A stretch of 63,084 bases of DNA, counting the filler, from Octopus bimaculoides (Eukaryota): NCBI RefSeq assembly GCF_001194135.2. It is 4 parts of 3 records of this genome, joined end to end, with 100 filler letters (N's around TTAATTAATTAA, not from the genome) between each part and the next. Parts side by side here need not be neighbours in the genome. Positions count along the whole stretch, not along the records: positions 14,743 to 32,199 come from NC_068988.1; positions 32,300 to 48,168 come from NC_068986.1; 2 more parts are not named here. One strand, written 5' to 3'. This document shows, piece by piece, positions 25,106 through 37,761 of this stretch. Both the position numbers and the translations under genes were made by a program. Each line of letters opens with the position of its first letter. Position 1 is the stretch's first letter. The notes beneath the pieces are model-generated. The model was not told the origin of the DNA. It did no database searches and saw only the letters and a list, made by a program, of their open reading frames with translations.

Positions 25106-27608
25106 TATTGCATATTTTTTCTCGAACACTTATTGACAAGTCTATGCATCCATAAGAGTTACTCAATATACGGACTGATATACAAAGTGTTGGTCTCAGG
25201 CAGCATGCAAGGTTTTGATGGCTCAGAAACTGAATAAGGGAGTTCATATCTAAAATATCCTTTTGAAGGAAGTTTACCCAAATATTCTTATACAGAATAA
25301 ATTCCTATATCATTCACTGTATAATGTGATTTCCCACCACAGCTCTGGTGGAGCACGTTATTGCGAGTTAAATGTATTACTGACATAGTGTTGTTAACAG
25401 GATGCAAATCACTAGCCCTTCATGGAGTTACCTAATCCGCAATCACTCTGGATAACTGCGGCCCTTCATTGACAATATATTTCCGCAAATCAAACTAAAT
25501 AATCGCTAATCCTCAAATCTGATTTTTAAATCTACAAGGTTAAAAACATGAACCCCTTAATTACCTTAAGCAGAAACCTTTCTGTTGTAAGTATTCAGAA
25601 AATGAAGTCTGCAGTTTGAGAATAATTTAGTACCTTGATGCTTCCTACTGCAGAATCCTATGCGATGTGGTTTCTTCTTCATTTTCTTTTCCACTTGTAT
25701 CTGAAGCAGGGTGAGCTGAAGGTACCGGCTGATCTGGGAGTCAATCGCCCGAGACACCACATGCTTAGGAGTAGTCGTGTCTTAAGGCGTGGGCACACTG
25801 GACAGTTACCTGGGAATTCCTTCGAGTGTCGGGATCTTATGCTAATCTTTGTAACAAAACTGCCATATACTACAAGCCCCTAAACAAGTACTATCCTTAC
25901 TAGAATTAAAATCTCAATGAAGAACAATCACGCAGTTTTAATGTGTGGTGTGATATATGCATCAAAACCACGATACACCGAAAAACTAAGGAGCCCCAAA
26001 AAAGTTTAACTCAGCAAGAACTAGAATTTCAATGAAAAGACAACATACAAAATGTTCGCTGTCAACAGCGGGCTGGCGTATACATCTAATTTTCAGCTAC
26101 CTAACGGATATCATTATGGTTTCAACATCTGAACAGCACCATTCGATTCGGCGGTGTCAACAGCGTTAAAAACATAAATACTGTGGTTTTCTGCGAAACA
26201 AATGATTGTATAGCGCATTGCTTAGCTTGGAGACCAATACTGCTTTATATGACGACCCTGTTTGAGAGTGTCCCGTTAAGTATTGAGATTTTCCAATAAT
26301 ACAAAGGTGGTAAGGGAAGATAGTAAATAGATAAATTAATTAATAAATTACACCCTATTCCTACATTTTAATAAATTTGCATTAAATTCTTTATTTCTAC
26401 ATTTGAAGATTTTACTCTTTATGAAGTTTATTAAAGCATTTAACCTTAGAGAAGCCTCAAAATGTAGCTTGAACGAAGTGCCAGCAACTCTAAAGCCCAC
26501 TCTGCTGGGTGGTCTAGCAAAAAATAATGATAGATGTTACCCTTGCTCCTCTGAGAAAGCTATTAAAAACCGTTAAAAGATAATTAACAAGAACATAAGT
26601 GATTGTAACACAGGATCCTCCTCTTCAGACTTAAACCAACTGTGTTTCTTTTCTTTTTTTGCCAACCGACGAAAACTCAGTGGTGNNNNNNNNNNNNNNN
26701 NNNNNNNNNNNNNNNNNNNNNNNNNNNNNNNNNNNNNNNNNNNNNNNNNNNNNNNNNNNNNNNNNNNNNNNNNNNNNNNNNNNNNNNNNNNNNNNNNNNN
26801 NNNNNNNNNNNNNNNNNNNNNNNNNNNNNNNNNNNNNNNNNNNNNNNNNNNNNNNNNNNNNNNNNNNNNNNNNNNNNNNNNNNNNNNNNNNNNNNNNNNN
26901 NNNNNNNNNNNNNNNNNNNNNNNNNNNNNNNNNNNNNNNNNNNNNNNNNNNNNNNNNNNNNNNNNNNNNNNNNNNNNNNNNNNNNNNNNNNNNNNNNNNN
27001 NNNNNNNNNNNNNNNNNNNNNNNNNNNNNNNNNNNNNNNNNNNNNNNNNNNNNNNNNNNNNNNNNNNNNNNNNNNNNNNNNNNNNNNNNNNNNNNNNNNN
27101 NNNNNNNNNNNNNNNNNNNNNNNNNNNNNNNNNNNNNNNNNNNNNNNNNNNNNNNNNNNNNNNNNNNNNNNNNNNNNNNNNNNNNNNNNNNNNNNNNNNN
27201 NNNNNNNNNNNNNNNNNNNNNNNNNNNNNNNNNNNNNNNNNNNNNNNNNNNNNNNNNNNNNNNNNNNNNNNNNNNNNNNNNNNNNNNNNNNNNNNNNNNN
27301 NNNNNNNNNNNNNNNNNNNNNNNNNNNNNNNNNNNNNNNNNNNNNNNNNNNNNNNNNNNNNNNNNNNNNNNNNNNNNNNNNNNNNNNNNNNNNNNNNNNN
27401 NNNNNNNNNNNNNNNNNNNNNNNNNNNNNNNNNNNNNNNNNNNNNNNNNNNNNNNNNNNNNAGAAGAAGAAAATTTTATATGGCCTTTCCAGGAAATTCC
27501 AAACACGGTGAATTAATGGCTCTCAGTGCTCCAACATGACCGCAGTCCAATAATTGAAATGAGTGAAAAAGAAAAGGTAGTCATTGATCAATCTTTCCTA
27601 TAACATTT

Positions 27609-27647
<39 letters not shown>

Positions 27648-28852
27648 GATTTGTAGATTAGCACACTCGTTAGAGGGTCGAACAAAATTCTTTACGGCGT
27701 TTTCTTAAAATCTTTTCCATTTTGATTTCAAATCTCTCTGTGAGTGACTTGTTTTGAGTTTTTTTTTTCATTCCGATGGTTGATAAAATACAGTACCAGT
27801 CGAGTATTATAGTCGATATAAATGACTGCTGGGTGATATAAACTGCACGTATATGGTGCGGTAGTACAGTGGCCCGCGCGACTGTTCGGTGATGAGCAAT
27901 TAAAAAGTGCAGAGGGTTATCAAAATCGTACGCGAAATGATCTACAATGATCCCTCGTTGGCAATGTGAGCTCAAAAAATAAGACAGTAAGCTGACAGAA
28001 TCGTCTGGACGCATGGAAAATGCTTTGCGGCATTTCTTCCAGTTTGATTCCATAGATATTCCTTATATCATACTCTCTCGTCACATTAAATATTGTGGCC
28101 ATGGATAAACAAAAAGACGAGATGGCCATAGTTGGAATATCTTTGATCGCAAGTTGTATTCAAATAGACTGAACAGATTCGAGTTTAACTCTTCTAAGAG
28201 CTTCCGGTTTAAGGTGCTAGATCATGCTACATCAATGTGGGTTTTCCCTCGGGACACAGGGCAAGGTGACACAACCTCGATCGGGACTAATGCGGCACGG
28301 AAGTGAACGACAAGCGCAATATCAAAACTAGTTTTCGGCATACCCTTCTGAGAGGTGTCACATACTTGGCTGGACGGGCTGGGGAGCCATAAAAGCCCTT
28401 AGGAGAAGAAAACTCCGATTTCAAATCTCGGACAGATGGAATTCGTGAGCGTAGGCAGCACTGCAATCGTCTAAAGAGTTGGTGCAGGACCCGAAGGAGG
28501 AAACAAAACAGGTGACGTTGGGTGGGGAGGTCGGTATATCGGGAGATATGCCACTAGTTAACCCTGAGGAGCAAAGGCCGTTGTAGTAGCGGTAGAAAAG
28601 TAAGAGTGAAAAGACACCTCAATACAAATATATTTTGATATTCCATAACCAGATATGTTTCGATATTAAAGTTTTAAAATAATTATACTAATTCGTTTTC
28701 CAGAAACTGATCAATCATACCTCTGTACTATTTCACAGAATCTTCAAATCCATATTTCTAAATAAAATATTGACAATTCTTGCTCTTATTTATGAAATAG
28801 AAGAGGAGATAAGTGTGTTGGCACTGTGTGTGTGTTGGCACTGTGTGTGTGT

Positions 28853-29223
28853 TGGCACTCCGTCGTTTACAACGTCGAGGGTTCAAGTTGATCCGATCAA
28901 CGGAACAGCCTGCTCGTGAAATTAACGTGCAAGTAGCTAAGCACTCCACAGACACGTGTACCCTTAACGTAGTTCTCGGGGATATTCAGCGTGACACAGC
29001 GTGACAAGGCTGGCACTTTGAAATACAGGTACAAGAGAAACAGGAAGAAAGAGTGAGAGAAAGTTGTGGTGAAGGAGTACAGCAGGGGTCGCCACCACCC
29101 CCTGTCGGAGCCTTGTGGAGCTTTGGGTGTTTTCGCTCAATAAACACTCACAGCGCCCGGTCTGGGAATCAAAACTATGACCGCGAGTCCGCTGCCCTAA
29201 CCACTGGGCCATTGCACCTCCAC
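28853..29223 (-). mobile_element. tRNA-derived SINE, family A, with reiterated 3' end
   Basis: Reverse-complement copy with part of the head deleted; terminal GTGTGTTGGCACT present three times at 28812-28860. Confidence 0.92.
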
Positions 29224-29556
29224 CGAAGATAAGTAAAGATGAAAAACAAGTTGGTGATGATATTCTATGATTACCGGAAACTGACAAATACTGCGGTGGT
29301 TTGTAAAGTTGAAATATCATCTTACACGAGAAGCAATTCCATCTAGTCGCAATTTCAGAAGAGCGATCACTCCTTGACAAGTGATATTTTCTGAGTATTA
29401 CAAATGTCTTTCTTACTGTACTTCAACCTGTTTATGATGCTGTATATTTGAAGTTACCCATGTTCATAGCATTAGGTGTTACACAAGTAGACGCAACCAC
29501 AGCTAAATAATTATGATGTTTTCAACATAGGTGTGTATTTGTTATCTGTTTTATCT

Positions 29557-29838
29557 GTTACTTGTTCCAGTCATTGGACAGCTGCCAAGCTGGGGTACAG
29601 CCTTGAAAAGTTTAGTCGAACAAATCTATTCCAGTACTTACTTTTAAGTGTGATATTCAGTTCATTTGTCTGCAGGGACGTAAACAAACCAACATCGGTT
29701 TGTCGAGTTCTGTAGGTGGTGGTGGACGAGCACAAAGACATACAAGCGCATATATGCATATACATATATATACACGACGGGATTCCACACAGTTTCTGTC
29801 TACCATATTCACTCACAAGGTATTAGTCAGACCGAGAC
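29557..29838 (-). mobile_element. SINE family B, diverged 3' half
   Basis: GGGACGTAAACAAACCAACATCGGTTTGTCGAG and a degenerate tail, complementary to the family B second half. Confidence 0.65.
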
Positions 29839-30893
29839 CATTGCCCAACTCCTAGCTTCAGTTTTGAAAAAAAAAAAAAATTACTCTGGGGCCAAGAGAC
29901 ATAACTCCTGATAAAATACTTGTTCAGTTCGCCTCACATAGTTTCGTTTCGTCTTTTTTCACAGCATCTAGAAGCCGGGTGTGGTAATTTTCTCTTCCAT
30001 TAACGGAGAGCAGTTGCCACTTTTTTTTCATTTCTGTCAACTCTGAAAAACACGCGGTACTTTTTAACCATGATATAACATCCGGTTTTAGTACTTAATG
30101 TGAAATTGATTCGTAGGACCCGCTGTAATGGATCTATAATACTGTATACGTTGATAAATATAACCACTCTATTGACATATATACGACCGCATCCTCTTTC
30201 TGATTTATAGATTTTTAGACAACACTATATATAAACCCACAGTTACAGACACACACACGTATTTATGTATGTTAGTACGAACAGACGTATGTACAGGACG
30301 CACGAGTGTGTATATGTGTGCAGATTTGTATGTATATACTGACCTTATTGTTTAAGCAGAGTTTTCTTTTTATCTTTTTTTTTAATCAAATGACGAATGT
30401 TGTGCTACTTAGTTACCAATAGTTACCAATGGCTTAACTTCTATCTTGAAAAGGTTTTCTCTCTTTTGTTTCTCACACACTGTTGAAATCTATTATAAAT
30501 TTTGCTCTCTGAGAACAATTAGAGTTTTCAGACAATCAGCATTCAAAAATGTCCTCGAGATAACGAAATTCTCTGAATATTTCACATATCTCGCCAACCA
30601 AATGGCCAGCCAAATCTCAAACACTAAATGTATCGTGCACAATTAAGCTACACAGTTGTACTTTATGTAAATAAATTAGAAAAAAATCCATTATGCATAA
30701 TTGATACTTCTTTTTTCGTCAAAGATTTGTCATTGTTTCGACACTCCTTAGTAGTTGGTAACTTCTACGACCCCTCTCCACCTCTCTGTCATACATACAT
30801 ACATACATATATATATAGAGAGAGAGAGGGGGGGAGAAAGAGAGATCAATAGTAGTTACATACATATATTTATAAGTGTATTTGTATAGATAA

Positions 30894-30950
30894 CGAGGGG
30901 GTGCTGAAAAATTCCTGGCTTTGAGTAAAAGGAACTACGGAAGGATCAGT
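30894..30950 (+). mobile_element. truncated left end of the same mariner-type MITE as 24889
   Basis: CGAGGGGGTGCTGAAAAATTCCTGGCTTTGAGTAAAAG vs CGAGAGGACGCTGAAAAGTTCCTGGCTTTGGGTAAAAG. Confidence 0.6.
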
Positions 30951-31109
30951 TAATACACTGCTCAACAAAATTCGAACTTTTTGCGGACCCATGAACTAAC
31001 GAAAGTGATCTCTAAAGTACTTTTAACGTAGATTTCGAATTTTCTTTTTTTATCAGGCATGGTCTTTATGTAACAGAGTGACTAAACTATACAATAAATG
31101 TACTATATT

Positions 31110-31326
31110 TGTTTCTACTCTAGACACAAGACCCGAAGTTTTGGGGGAGGGGACCAGTCGATTAGACCGACCCCAGGACGCAACTGATACATAATTTATC
31201 GACCCCGAAAGGATGAAAGGCAGATTCGACCGCGGCGGAATTTGAACTCAGAACGTAAAGACAGACAAAATACCGTTAAGCATTTCGCCCGGCGTGCTAA
31301 CATTTCTACCAGCTCGCCGCCTTAGG
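31110..31326 (-). mobile_element. SINE family C, full copy with 15-bp TSD
   Basis: TAAATGTACTATATT at 31095-31109 and 31327-31341; tRNA-like head AGGCGGCGAGCTGGTAGAAATGTTAGCACG and B-box-like GAGTTCAAATTCC on the minus strand. Confidence 0.92.
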
Positions 31327-31367
31327 TAAATGTACTATATTAATGCAGAAATAACACTGACAATTAT

Positions 31368-32199
31368 AATTGGTCAACAGAATTAATGAAAAATTCTGTC
31401 CCACAAACAAAAATAGGCGAACTTAACAGCATTTTATTTGCAGATTTGGACTGTGTTTTCAGATTTTTTTTCTAAAAGTTATAGGTTTTCTGTGATTGCA
31501 TGTGTAAATTGTTAAACAGTTGTATTTCATGAATTCAAAAATCAGGCTGATATTACATGGAAACTTACCTTTAAAACGTAGAGACTTATGATTTTCGACT
31601 GTATTTAGCTTCGGGCCAACATAGAAGAGTTCCACTTTCCTTGGTACCGGGCTTCCATGTTCAGAATGTCCTGGTGAAACCTCTCACCGTGCTTGTCACT
31701 GACATCCCCAAGATCTTCAGAGAAAAAGTCCAAGTAAGAGTTCAAGAAGTGGATTTTAGACTCATATTGCATCCCAAGTCCTTGTATGGTGTCAGTAGCT
31801 CTTTCACAATGTCAGAATAGTTCTCTGCTCTGTGATTCCCCCCAAACTCTCTGCAAACTTTCTTAAATGACAGCTACGTAACTTTTTCAGCATCACTGAG
31901 CTCATCATCAAACCTTTGGTCTCTCATCCTCTCCCTAATCTGTGGCCCAACACAAATACCTTCCTTGATTTTTGCGTCACTTATTCTTGGAAATTTAGTT
32001 TTCAAATATGTGAATCCCTTGCTAGTTCTATCCTTACCTTTGATAGAAGTTCAGCTTGCTTTTTCGATAAGTTTAAATCCCACTCAAAATCATTCAGATC
32101 TCCTTGACTCAACAAATGTAGTTCACTTGAAGAACAGTTAGGCTCAAAGTCCATGTCTTCAGTTTCTTTCTCCACATCTTCATCACTTGACACGTCGTC
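31368..32199 (-). mobile_element. internally deleted Chapaev3-like (CMC) DNA transposon remnant
   Basis: Minus-strand pieces LHLLSQGDLND..DLNLSKKQAELL and YKDLGCNMSLK.HFLNSYLDFFSEDLGDVSDKHGERFHQDILNMEARYQGKWNSSMLA; end ...CTGTTGACCAAT near 31368. Transposase origin is clear; the family name is from recall of these motifs. Confidence 0.7.
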
Positions 32200-32299
32200 N
32201 NNNNNNNNNNNNNNNNNNNNNNNNNNNNNNNNNNNNNNNNNNNTTAATTAATTAANNNNNNNNNNNNNNNNNNNNNNNNNNNNNNNNNNNNNNNNNNNN
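32200..32299. other. synthetic 100-bp assembly spacer (N44-TTAATTAATTAA-N44)
   Basis: 12-mer at 32244-32255 with 44 N on each side. Confidence 0.95.
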
Positions 32300-32654
32300 T
32301 ATATATATAAATATATATATATATATATTTATAGTTCGATAGATAGATAGATAGATGTTATGTGCTCAGTACTAGATAAAATATTATACCTACATACTGT
32401 AAATGCAAGGTACCCCACCACACACATACGCATACATACACACAGACATACATGCACATATATATATATGTATATACGGGTTAGTTGAACGAAACAAAAA
32501 GGCATTCAACATATCTAGAAGGAGTCACACATTATTACTTAAAACGGTTCGAGTAAACTCCCTGTGGTTACAGTATCCGAGCCTGAACGAGCAAGGTTTC
32601 TATAAGAAGCCTGCGAAAATTTAAGTTACATGGAGCCGAATCAAACTGTTTTAG

Positions 32655-32655
<1 letters not shown>

Positions 32656-32743
<88 letters not shown>

Positions 32744-32765
32744 GATAATAATGTTGATGATAATA
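32656..32765. repeat. (AAT)n/(GAT)n microsatellite
   Basis: Direct reading. Confidence 0.95.
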
Positions 32766-32787
32766 ATTAGTAAATAAATATATATAT

Positions 32788-33138
32788 AGGCGCAGGAGTG
32801 GCTGTGGGATAAGTAGCTTGCTTACCAACCACATGATTCCGGATTCAGTCCCACTGCGTGGCACCTTGAGCAAGTGTCTTCCACTATAGCATCGGGCCGA
32901 CCAAAGTTTTGTGAGTGGATTTGGTAGACGGAAACTGAAAGAAGCCCGGTCGCACACACACACACACACACACATGTTTGCGTTTTTCCACCCATAAGCG
33001 ATGTTGGTGTCTTTACGTCCCCGTGATTTAGCGGTTTGGCAAAAGAAGCCGATAGAATAAGTGCTAGGATTACAAAGAATAAGTCCTGGGGTTGATTTGT
33101 TCGACTAAAGGTGAGGCTGCAGCATCGGTGCAGTCAAA
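32788..33138 (+). mobile_element. tRNA-derived SINE family B, bipartite with internal (CA)n
   Basis: Head AGGCGCAGGAGTGGCTGTGGGATAAGTAGCTTGC, B-box-like GGATTCAGTCCC, CORE-like CACCTTGAGCAAG, internal microsatellite, 3' half ending GCAGCATCGGTGCAGTCAAA. Confidence 0.9.
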
Positions 33139-33314
33139 TATATATATACATATATATATAAGGCGTGGCTGTGTGCTAAGAAGCTTGCTTCCCAACAACA
33201 TGGTTCGGTTCCAATGCGTGGCACCTTGGACAAGTGTCTTCTACTGTAATCTCATGCCGACCAAAACCTTCTGAGTGGATCTGATTGACGGAAACTGAAA
33301 GAAGTCGTATATAT

Positions 33315-34549
33315 AATGCGGTTTTTTAATTGCATGTACTAGAAGACGAAAAGGTCCAGGATAAACTACCTGCACCAACTTGCTATAAAAGCAGGTAGAG
33401 GGATTACCTTGGGCTTATTCTTAATACAAGTGTTGAAGAGTGCAGTTCGATTTTAACAGTTATTTTTAAAACTATAATGGAAGTGACAAAGGAGCATATT
33501 CGGCATATTTTGCTTTGGGAATTCAATAAAGTTAACAACTCAACGGAAAGTGCGAGGAATATTGATGCAGTATATGGGGATCGGATAATAAGCGTAAGCC
33601 AGTGTCAACGGTGGTTCCAGAAATTCCGAGCTGGAAACTACAGCCTAGAAGATGAGCTTCGTCATGGAAGAACTGTAGAGCTCGACGAGAACGTCCTGCA
33701 AACCCCGGTGGAACAGAATCCTATCGTAACTGTTGAGGAACTGGCTGAGAAGCTTGGATTTGCTCATTCAACCATTCATCAACACCTGCATGCCATCGGA
33801 AAATTCAGCAAATTGGGTCAACGATTTCCTCATAAACTTTCGAAGTCTAATCGCACGCAGAGAGTGAATATGTGTTCTTCTTTGCTGTCACGTCTCAGGA
33901 ATGGACCTTCTATGGACCGAATAGTGACTGGTGACGAGAAATGGGTTCTCTATAAAGCGCGGAAGACAGTGGGTAGGGAAAGGAGAAACTCAAGGCTAAA
34001 GGTCTTCACCCACGTAACGTGTCGTTATCTGTTTGGTGGGATATGAAAGGTTTATTCCACTTTGAACTTTTAAACCAAAACCAAACGATATCAAAGGAGA
34101 TCTGCAAGCAGCTTGAGCGGCTTAATTCAGCACTAGAAGAAAAATGACCTTCTTTGGTTTGAAGACGAAAGGTGTTTTGCCGTCAGGATAATGCTCGGCC
34201 ACATACAGCGAGGATGACATTTCAAAGGCTGGAGCAGTTTGAATGGGAAACGATGCCCCACCCACCATGTTCGTCGGATATTACCCCATCTATTTATCAT
34301 TTATTCCGCAGTCTTCAAAATCATTTGGACGGAAAAAATATGAATTCTGTAGACGAGCTCAGAACAGTACAGGAGGAGTATTTTTCGTCACGGACAAGTG
34401 AATTTTAGAAGAGGGGCCTTACAAGTCTACCAAATAGATGGGAGAGCATGAAAGAGAGTATATGGTAGATTTAAAAAGTAGTTCGTTTATCTTAATTTTG
34501 AAAAATAAAAGCAGTATTAAAAAACCACATTGTTTTTGGGATGACCCAA
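33315..34549 (+). mobile_element. near full-length mariner (D,D34D-type) transposon, inactive
   Basis: Right TIR ...AAAAAACCACATTGTTTTTGGGATGACCCAA-TA; left TIR keeps only the inner AATGCGGTTTTTTAAT; transposase inside. Confidence 0.95.
33477..34408 (+). pseudogene. mariner transposase pseudogene
   Basis: N-terminal HTH (CQRWFQKFRAGNYSLEDE..GR), FPHKLS linker, IVTGDEKW, DNARPH, HPPCSSDITPSIYHLFRSLQNHL; deletion/frameshifts near 33960-34170 and premature stops; the third catalytic Asp of the SPDLAPSD motif reads Ile. Confidence 0.93.
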
Positions 34550-35532
34550 TATATATATATATACATATATANNNNNNNNNNNNNNNNNNNNNNNNNNNNN
34601 NNNNNNNNNNNNNNNNNNNNNNNNNNNNNNNNNNNNNNNGTGTGTGTGTGTGTGTGTGTGTGTGCCTGTGCTTGTCTCTCCACCATCACTCGACAACCGA
34701 AGTTGGTGTGTATTTATATCCCTGTAACTTAGCGGTTCGGCAAAAGTGACCGATAGATTAAGAACTCGGCTTACAGAATATAAGTCTCGGGGTTGATTTT
34801 TTTTTACTAAAACCCTTAAAGTGATGCTTCAGCATGGCTGCAATCAAATGACTGAAACATGTAAAAAAAATATATGTGTATGTGTGTGTATAATATACAT
34901 ATATATATATTATACTGTATATATATATACAGTATAATACATATAATATATATATTATACACACACACAGACACACACGCACACACATATAGCTATATAG
35001 CATGGCTGCAAGATACCATATACGATCAAATGACGCTTGGTTGTATTACTGAACTATTGTGTTAAGTCGGGGAGCTGGCAGATCTGTTAACGCGTTGAAC
35101 AAAAAGCTTGGCGCCATTTCTTCCGGTGCTTTTCGTTGTGAGTTCACGCTCCACCAAGGTAGACTTTGCTTTTCGTTCCTTCAGAATCGCTCAAATAAGC
35201 TCAAGTTGAACTCCGATGTTGATCTAATCAACTTATCCTCTCCCTTTAAACTGTTGGCATCGTATCAAAATTTGAAACCAATAAACTATCGTTGTATGAA
35301 ATTTAGTAATTAAACTATCATTATCTGAAATATAATGACTAGCAACGGTGAGTGTTGAGGTTATTAAACTGTTAATACATTTCAGTCAAATTGCCAAAAT
35401 GACGAGGCTTCTACGTGCTGAGTAGGGCTTGTTAGAAATAATAGCTAGAGTTACCTTTAAATCACACATTCTTGTCAAAGAAATACGCATTGACTTTTGT
35501 AAACTTGGTAGGTGATGACTGAAAAGAAAAGA

Positions 35533-35699
35533 TAGGGTGGCAAATAGTTTGCTTCCCAATCGCATGGTTTCGAGCCAAGTCCCACTGCATAACACCTTGG
35601 GCAAGTATCTTGTACTATAGCCTCGGGTCGGTCAAAGACTTGTGAGTGCATTTGGTAGACGGAAATTGAAAGAAGCACGTGCGTGCGTGTAAGTGTGTC

Positions 35700-35730
<31 letters not shown>

Positions 35731-35935
35731 TAGCGCATGTGTGTGTGTGTGTGTTAATGTCTGTGTTTGTTCCCCAGCCGGTGCTGGTGTGTTTACGTTC
35801 CCGTAAGCTAGCAGTTCAACAGAAGAGACGATAGAATAAGTACCAGGCTTTAAAATGCCTTGGGGTCGATTTATTCGGCTAAATCACTTTAAGGCCATTC
35901 TCCAGTATGACCGCAGTCAAATGACTGAAATAAGT
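35533..35935 (+). mobile_element. SINE family B
   Basis: CACCTTGGGCAAG core, internal (GT)n, tail CTCCAGTATGACCGCAGTCAAATGACTGAAA. Confidence 0.85.
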
Positions 35936-36271
35936 TAACAGAGAGGGTTACGCATTACATCATAGATGTGCTAGATTTCAACTGGTTTCGTGTTTAACAA
36001 ATTTGTACAGCCTTACACATAACAAGAACAAAAAAAAAATGTTTCTGCTCATCTTTTTCCCGTGTGAAGGACGGAACTCGGCGTTGGGCGAAGTTCAGAC
36101 AAACACATTTCTAGATTAACCTCTATGAATTACGCGCACAAACCAACACGGATGCATATGTGTGTACGTGTGTCGGTACGTGTGTATTTGTGCGTGTGTG
36201 TGTGTGTGTGGCTGTATTTATGCATGTAAATACTTATATGCGAAAATACGGACATATTTGTATGTATATGT

Positions 36272-36550
36272 AAAGGCGCGTGGGTTAGTGGTTAAGATAT
36301 TCTGCGGACAGTCGTAGGGTTCGATTCCCAGTGAAGAGTTGTGTTCTTGAACAAGACACTTTACTTCAGGTTGCTCCAGTTCACTCAGCTGGCACAAATG
36401 AATAGTACTAGTATTTGAAAGGACCAGCGTTGTCACATTCTGTGCCAAGCTGAATCTCTCTCGGGACTACGTTAAGGGTACACGTATCTGTGGAGCGCTC
36501 AGTCACTTGCACGTTAATTTCACGAGCAGACCCTCCCGTTAATCGGATCA
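36272..36550 (+). mobile_element. SINE with family A tail but a CORE-like centre
   Basis: tRNA-like head, GTTGTGTTCTTGAACAAGACACTTTAC..GTTGCTCCAGTTCACTCAGCTG centre, then the family A tail CTACGTTAAGGGTACACG...CACTTGCACGTTAATTTCACGAGCAG. Confidence 0.75.
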
Positions 36551-36621
36551 ATTTTAACTTTCTTCGTTGATATATATATTTATATTTATATATAGTCATT
36601 TTTTCTTTTTCATTCTGTTAA

Positions 36622-36867
36622 CTTATTTCAGTCATTTGAGTGTGGCCATGCTAGAGCACCGCCGTAAAGGTTGTTAGTCGAAGGAATCGACTTCAGGACT
36701 TATTCTTTGTACACCTATTACTCGGGTCTTTTGCTGAACCGCTAGGTCACGGGCACATAAACACACCAGCACCGGTTGTCAAGCGACGGTGAGGTGAGGA
36801 CACGAACACAAACGCACAAATATCTAGAAGCCTTGTGAGTCGATGGAAACTGGGAAGAAGCCCGTCG

Positions 36868-36899
<32 letters not shown>

Positions 36900-37056
36900 C
36901 GACGAGCTCCTTTCAGTTTCCATCTACCAAATCAACTCACAAGACTTTGGTCGGCCCGAGGCAACAGTAGAAGATACTTGCCAAAGGTGTCACGCAGTGG
37001 GAATGAACCTGGAACCATGTGATTGGGAAGAAAGCTTCTTACCACACAGCCACACC
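36622..37056 (-). mobile_element. SINE family B
   Basis: Full reverse-complement copy with internal (TA)n; tail GGCGGTGCTCTAGCATGGCCACAC. Confidence 0.88.
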
Positions 37057-37071
37057 TATATATACACACGC

Positions 37072-37224
37072 AAGCGTGGTTGTGTGTTAAGAAGTTTGCT
37101 TCCGAAACACATGGTTCCAAGTTCAGTCTCTGCACCTTGTGTAAGTGTCATTTTCTATAGCCCCAGCCCGACCAAAACCTTGTGAGTGAATACGCTCGGC
37201 AGCAACTGAAAGAAGTTCGTCGCA
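37072..37224 (+). mobile_element. SINE family B 5' half, head-to-head with the 36622 copy
   Basis: GCGTGGTTGTGTGTTAAGAAGTTTGCTTCC...CCGACCAAAACCTTGTGAGTG...AACTGAAAGAAG. Confidence 0.8.
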
Positions 37225-37229
37225 GATAT

Positions 37230-37286
<57 letters not shown>

Positions 37287-37714
37287 NNNNNNNNNNNNNN
37301 NNNNNNNNNNNNNNNNNNNNNNNNNNNNNNNNNNNNNNNNNNNNNNNNNNNNNNNNNNNNNNNNNNNNNNNNNNNNNNNNNNNNNNNNNNNNNNNNNNNN
37401 NNNNNNNNNNNNNNNNNNNNNNNNNNNNNNNNNNNNNNNNNNNNNNNNNNNNNNNNNNNNNNNNNNNNNNNNNNNNNNNNNNNNNNNNNNNNNNNNNNNN
37501 NNNNNNNNNNNNNNNNNNNNNNNNNNNNNNNNNNNNNNNNNNNNNNNNNNNNNNNNNNNNNNNNNNNNNNNNNNNNNNNNNNNNNNNNNNNNNNNNNNNN
37601 NNNNNNNNNNNNNNNNNNNNNNNNNNNNNNNNNNNNNNNNNNNNNNNNNNNNNNNNNNNNNNNNNNNNNNNNNNNNNNNNNNNNNNNNNNNNNNNNNNNN
37701 NNNNNNNNNNNNNN

Positions 37715-37761
<47 letters not shown>

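Larger units (their letters stand above)
33161..34866 (+). mobile_element. SINE family B copy interrupted by the mariner (5' half 33161-33314, 3' half about 34660-34866)
   Basis: Both halves match other family B copies and flank the mariner at the internal (TA)n; a short gap lies between the mariner and the 3' half. Confidence 0.75.

Noticed and set aside
25566-25760. PHRIGFCSRK, faintly like Gypsy RNase H
   Set aside because: Single short motif with no supporting LTR-element features.
28230-28570. GC-richer segment reminiscent of an RTE 5' region
   Set aside because: Only a recalled short motif (GGAGAAGAAAACTCCGATTTCAAA); no translation support.
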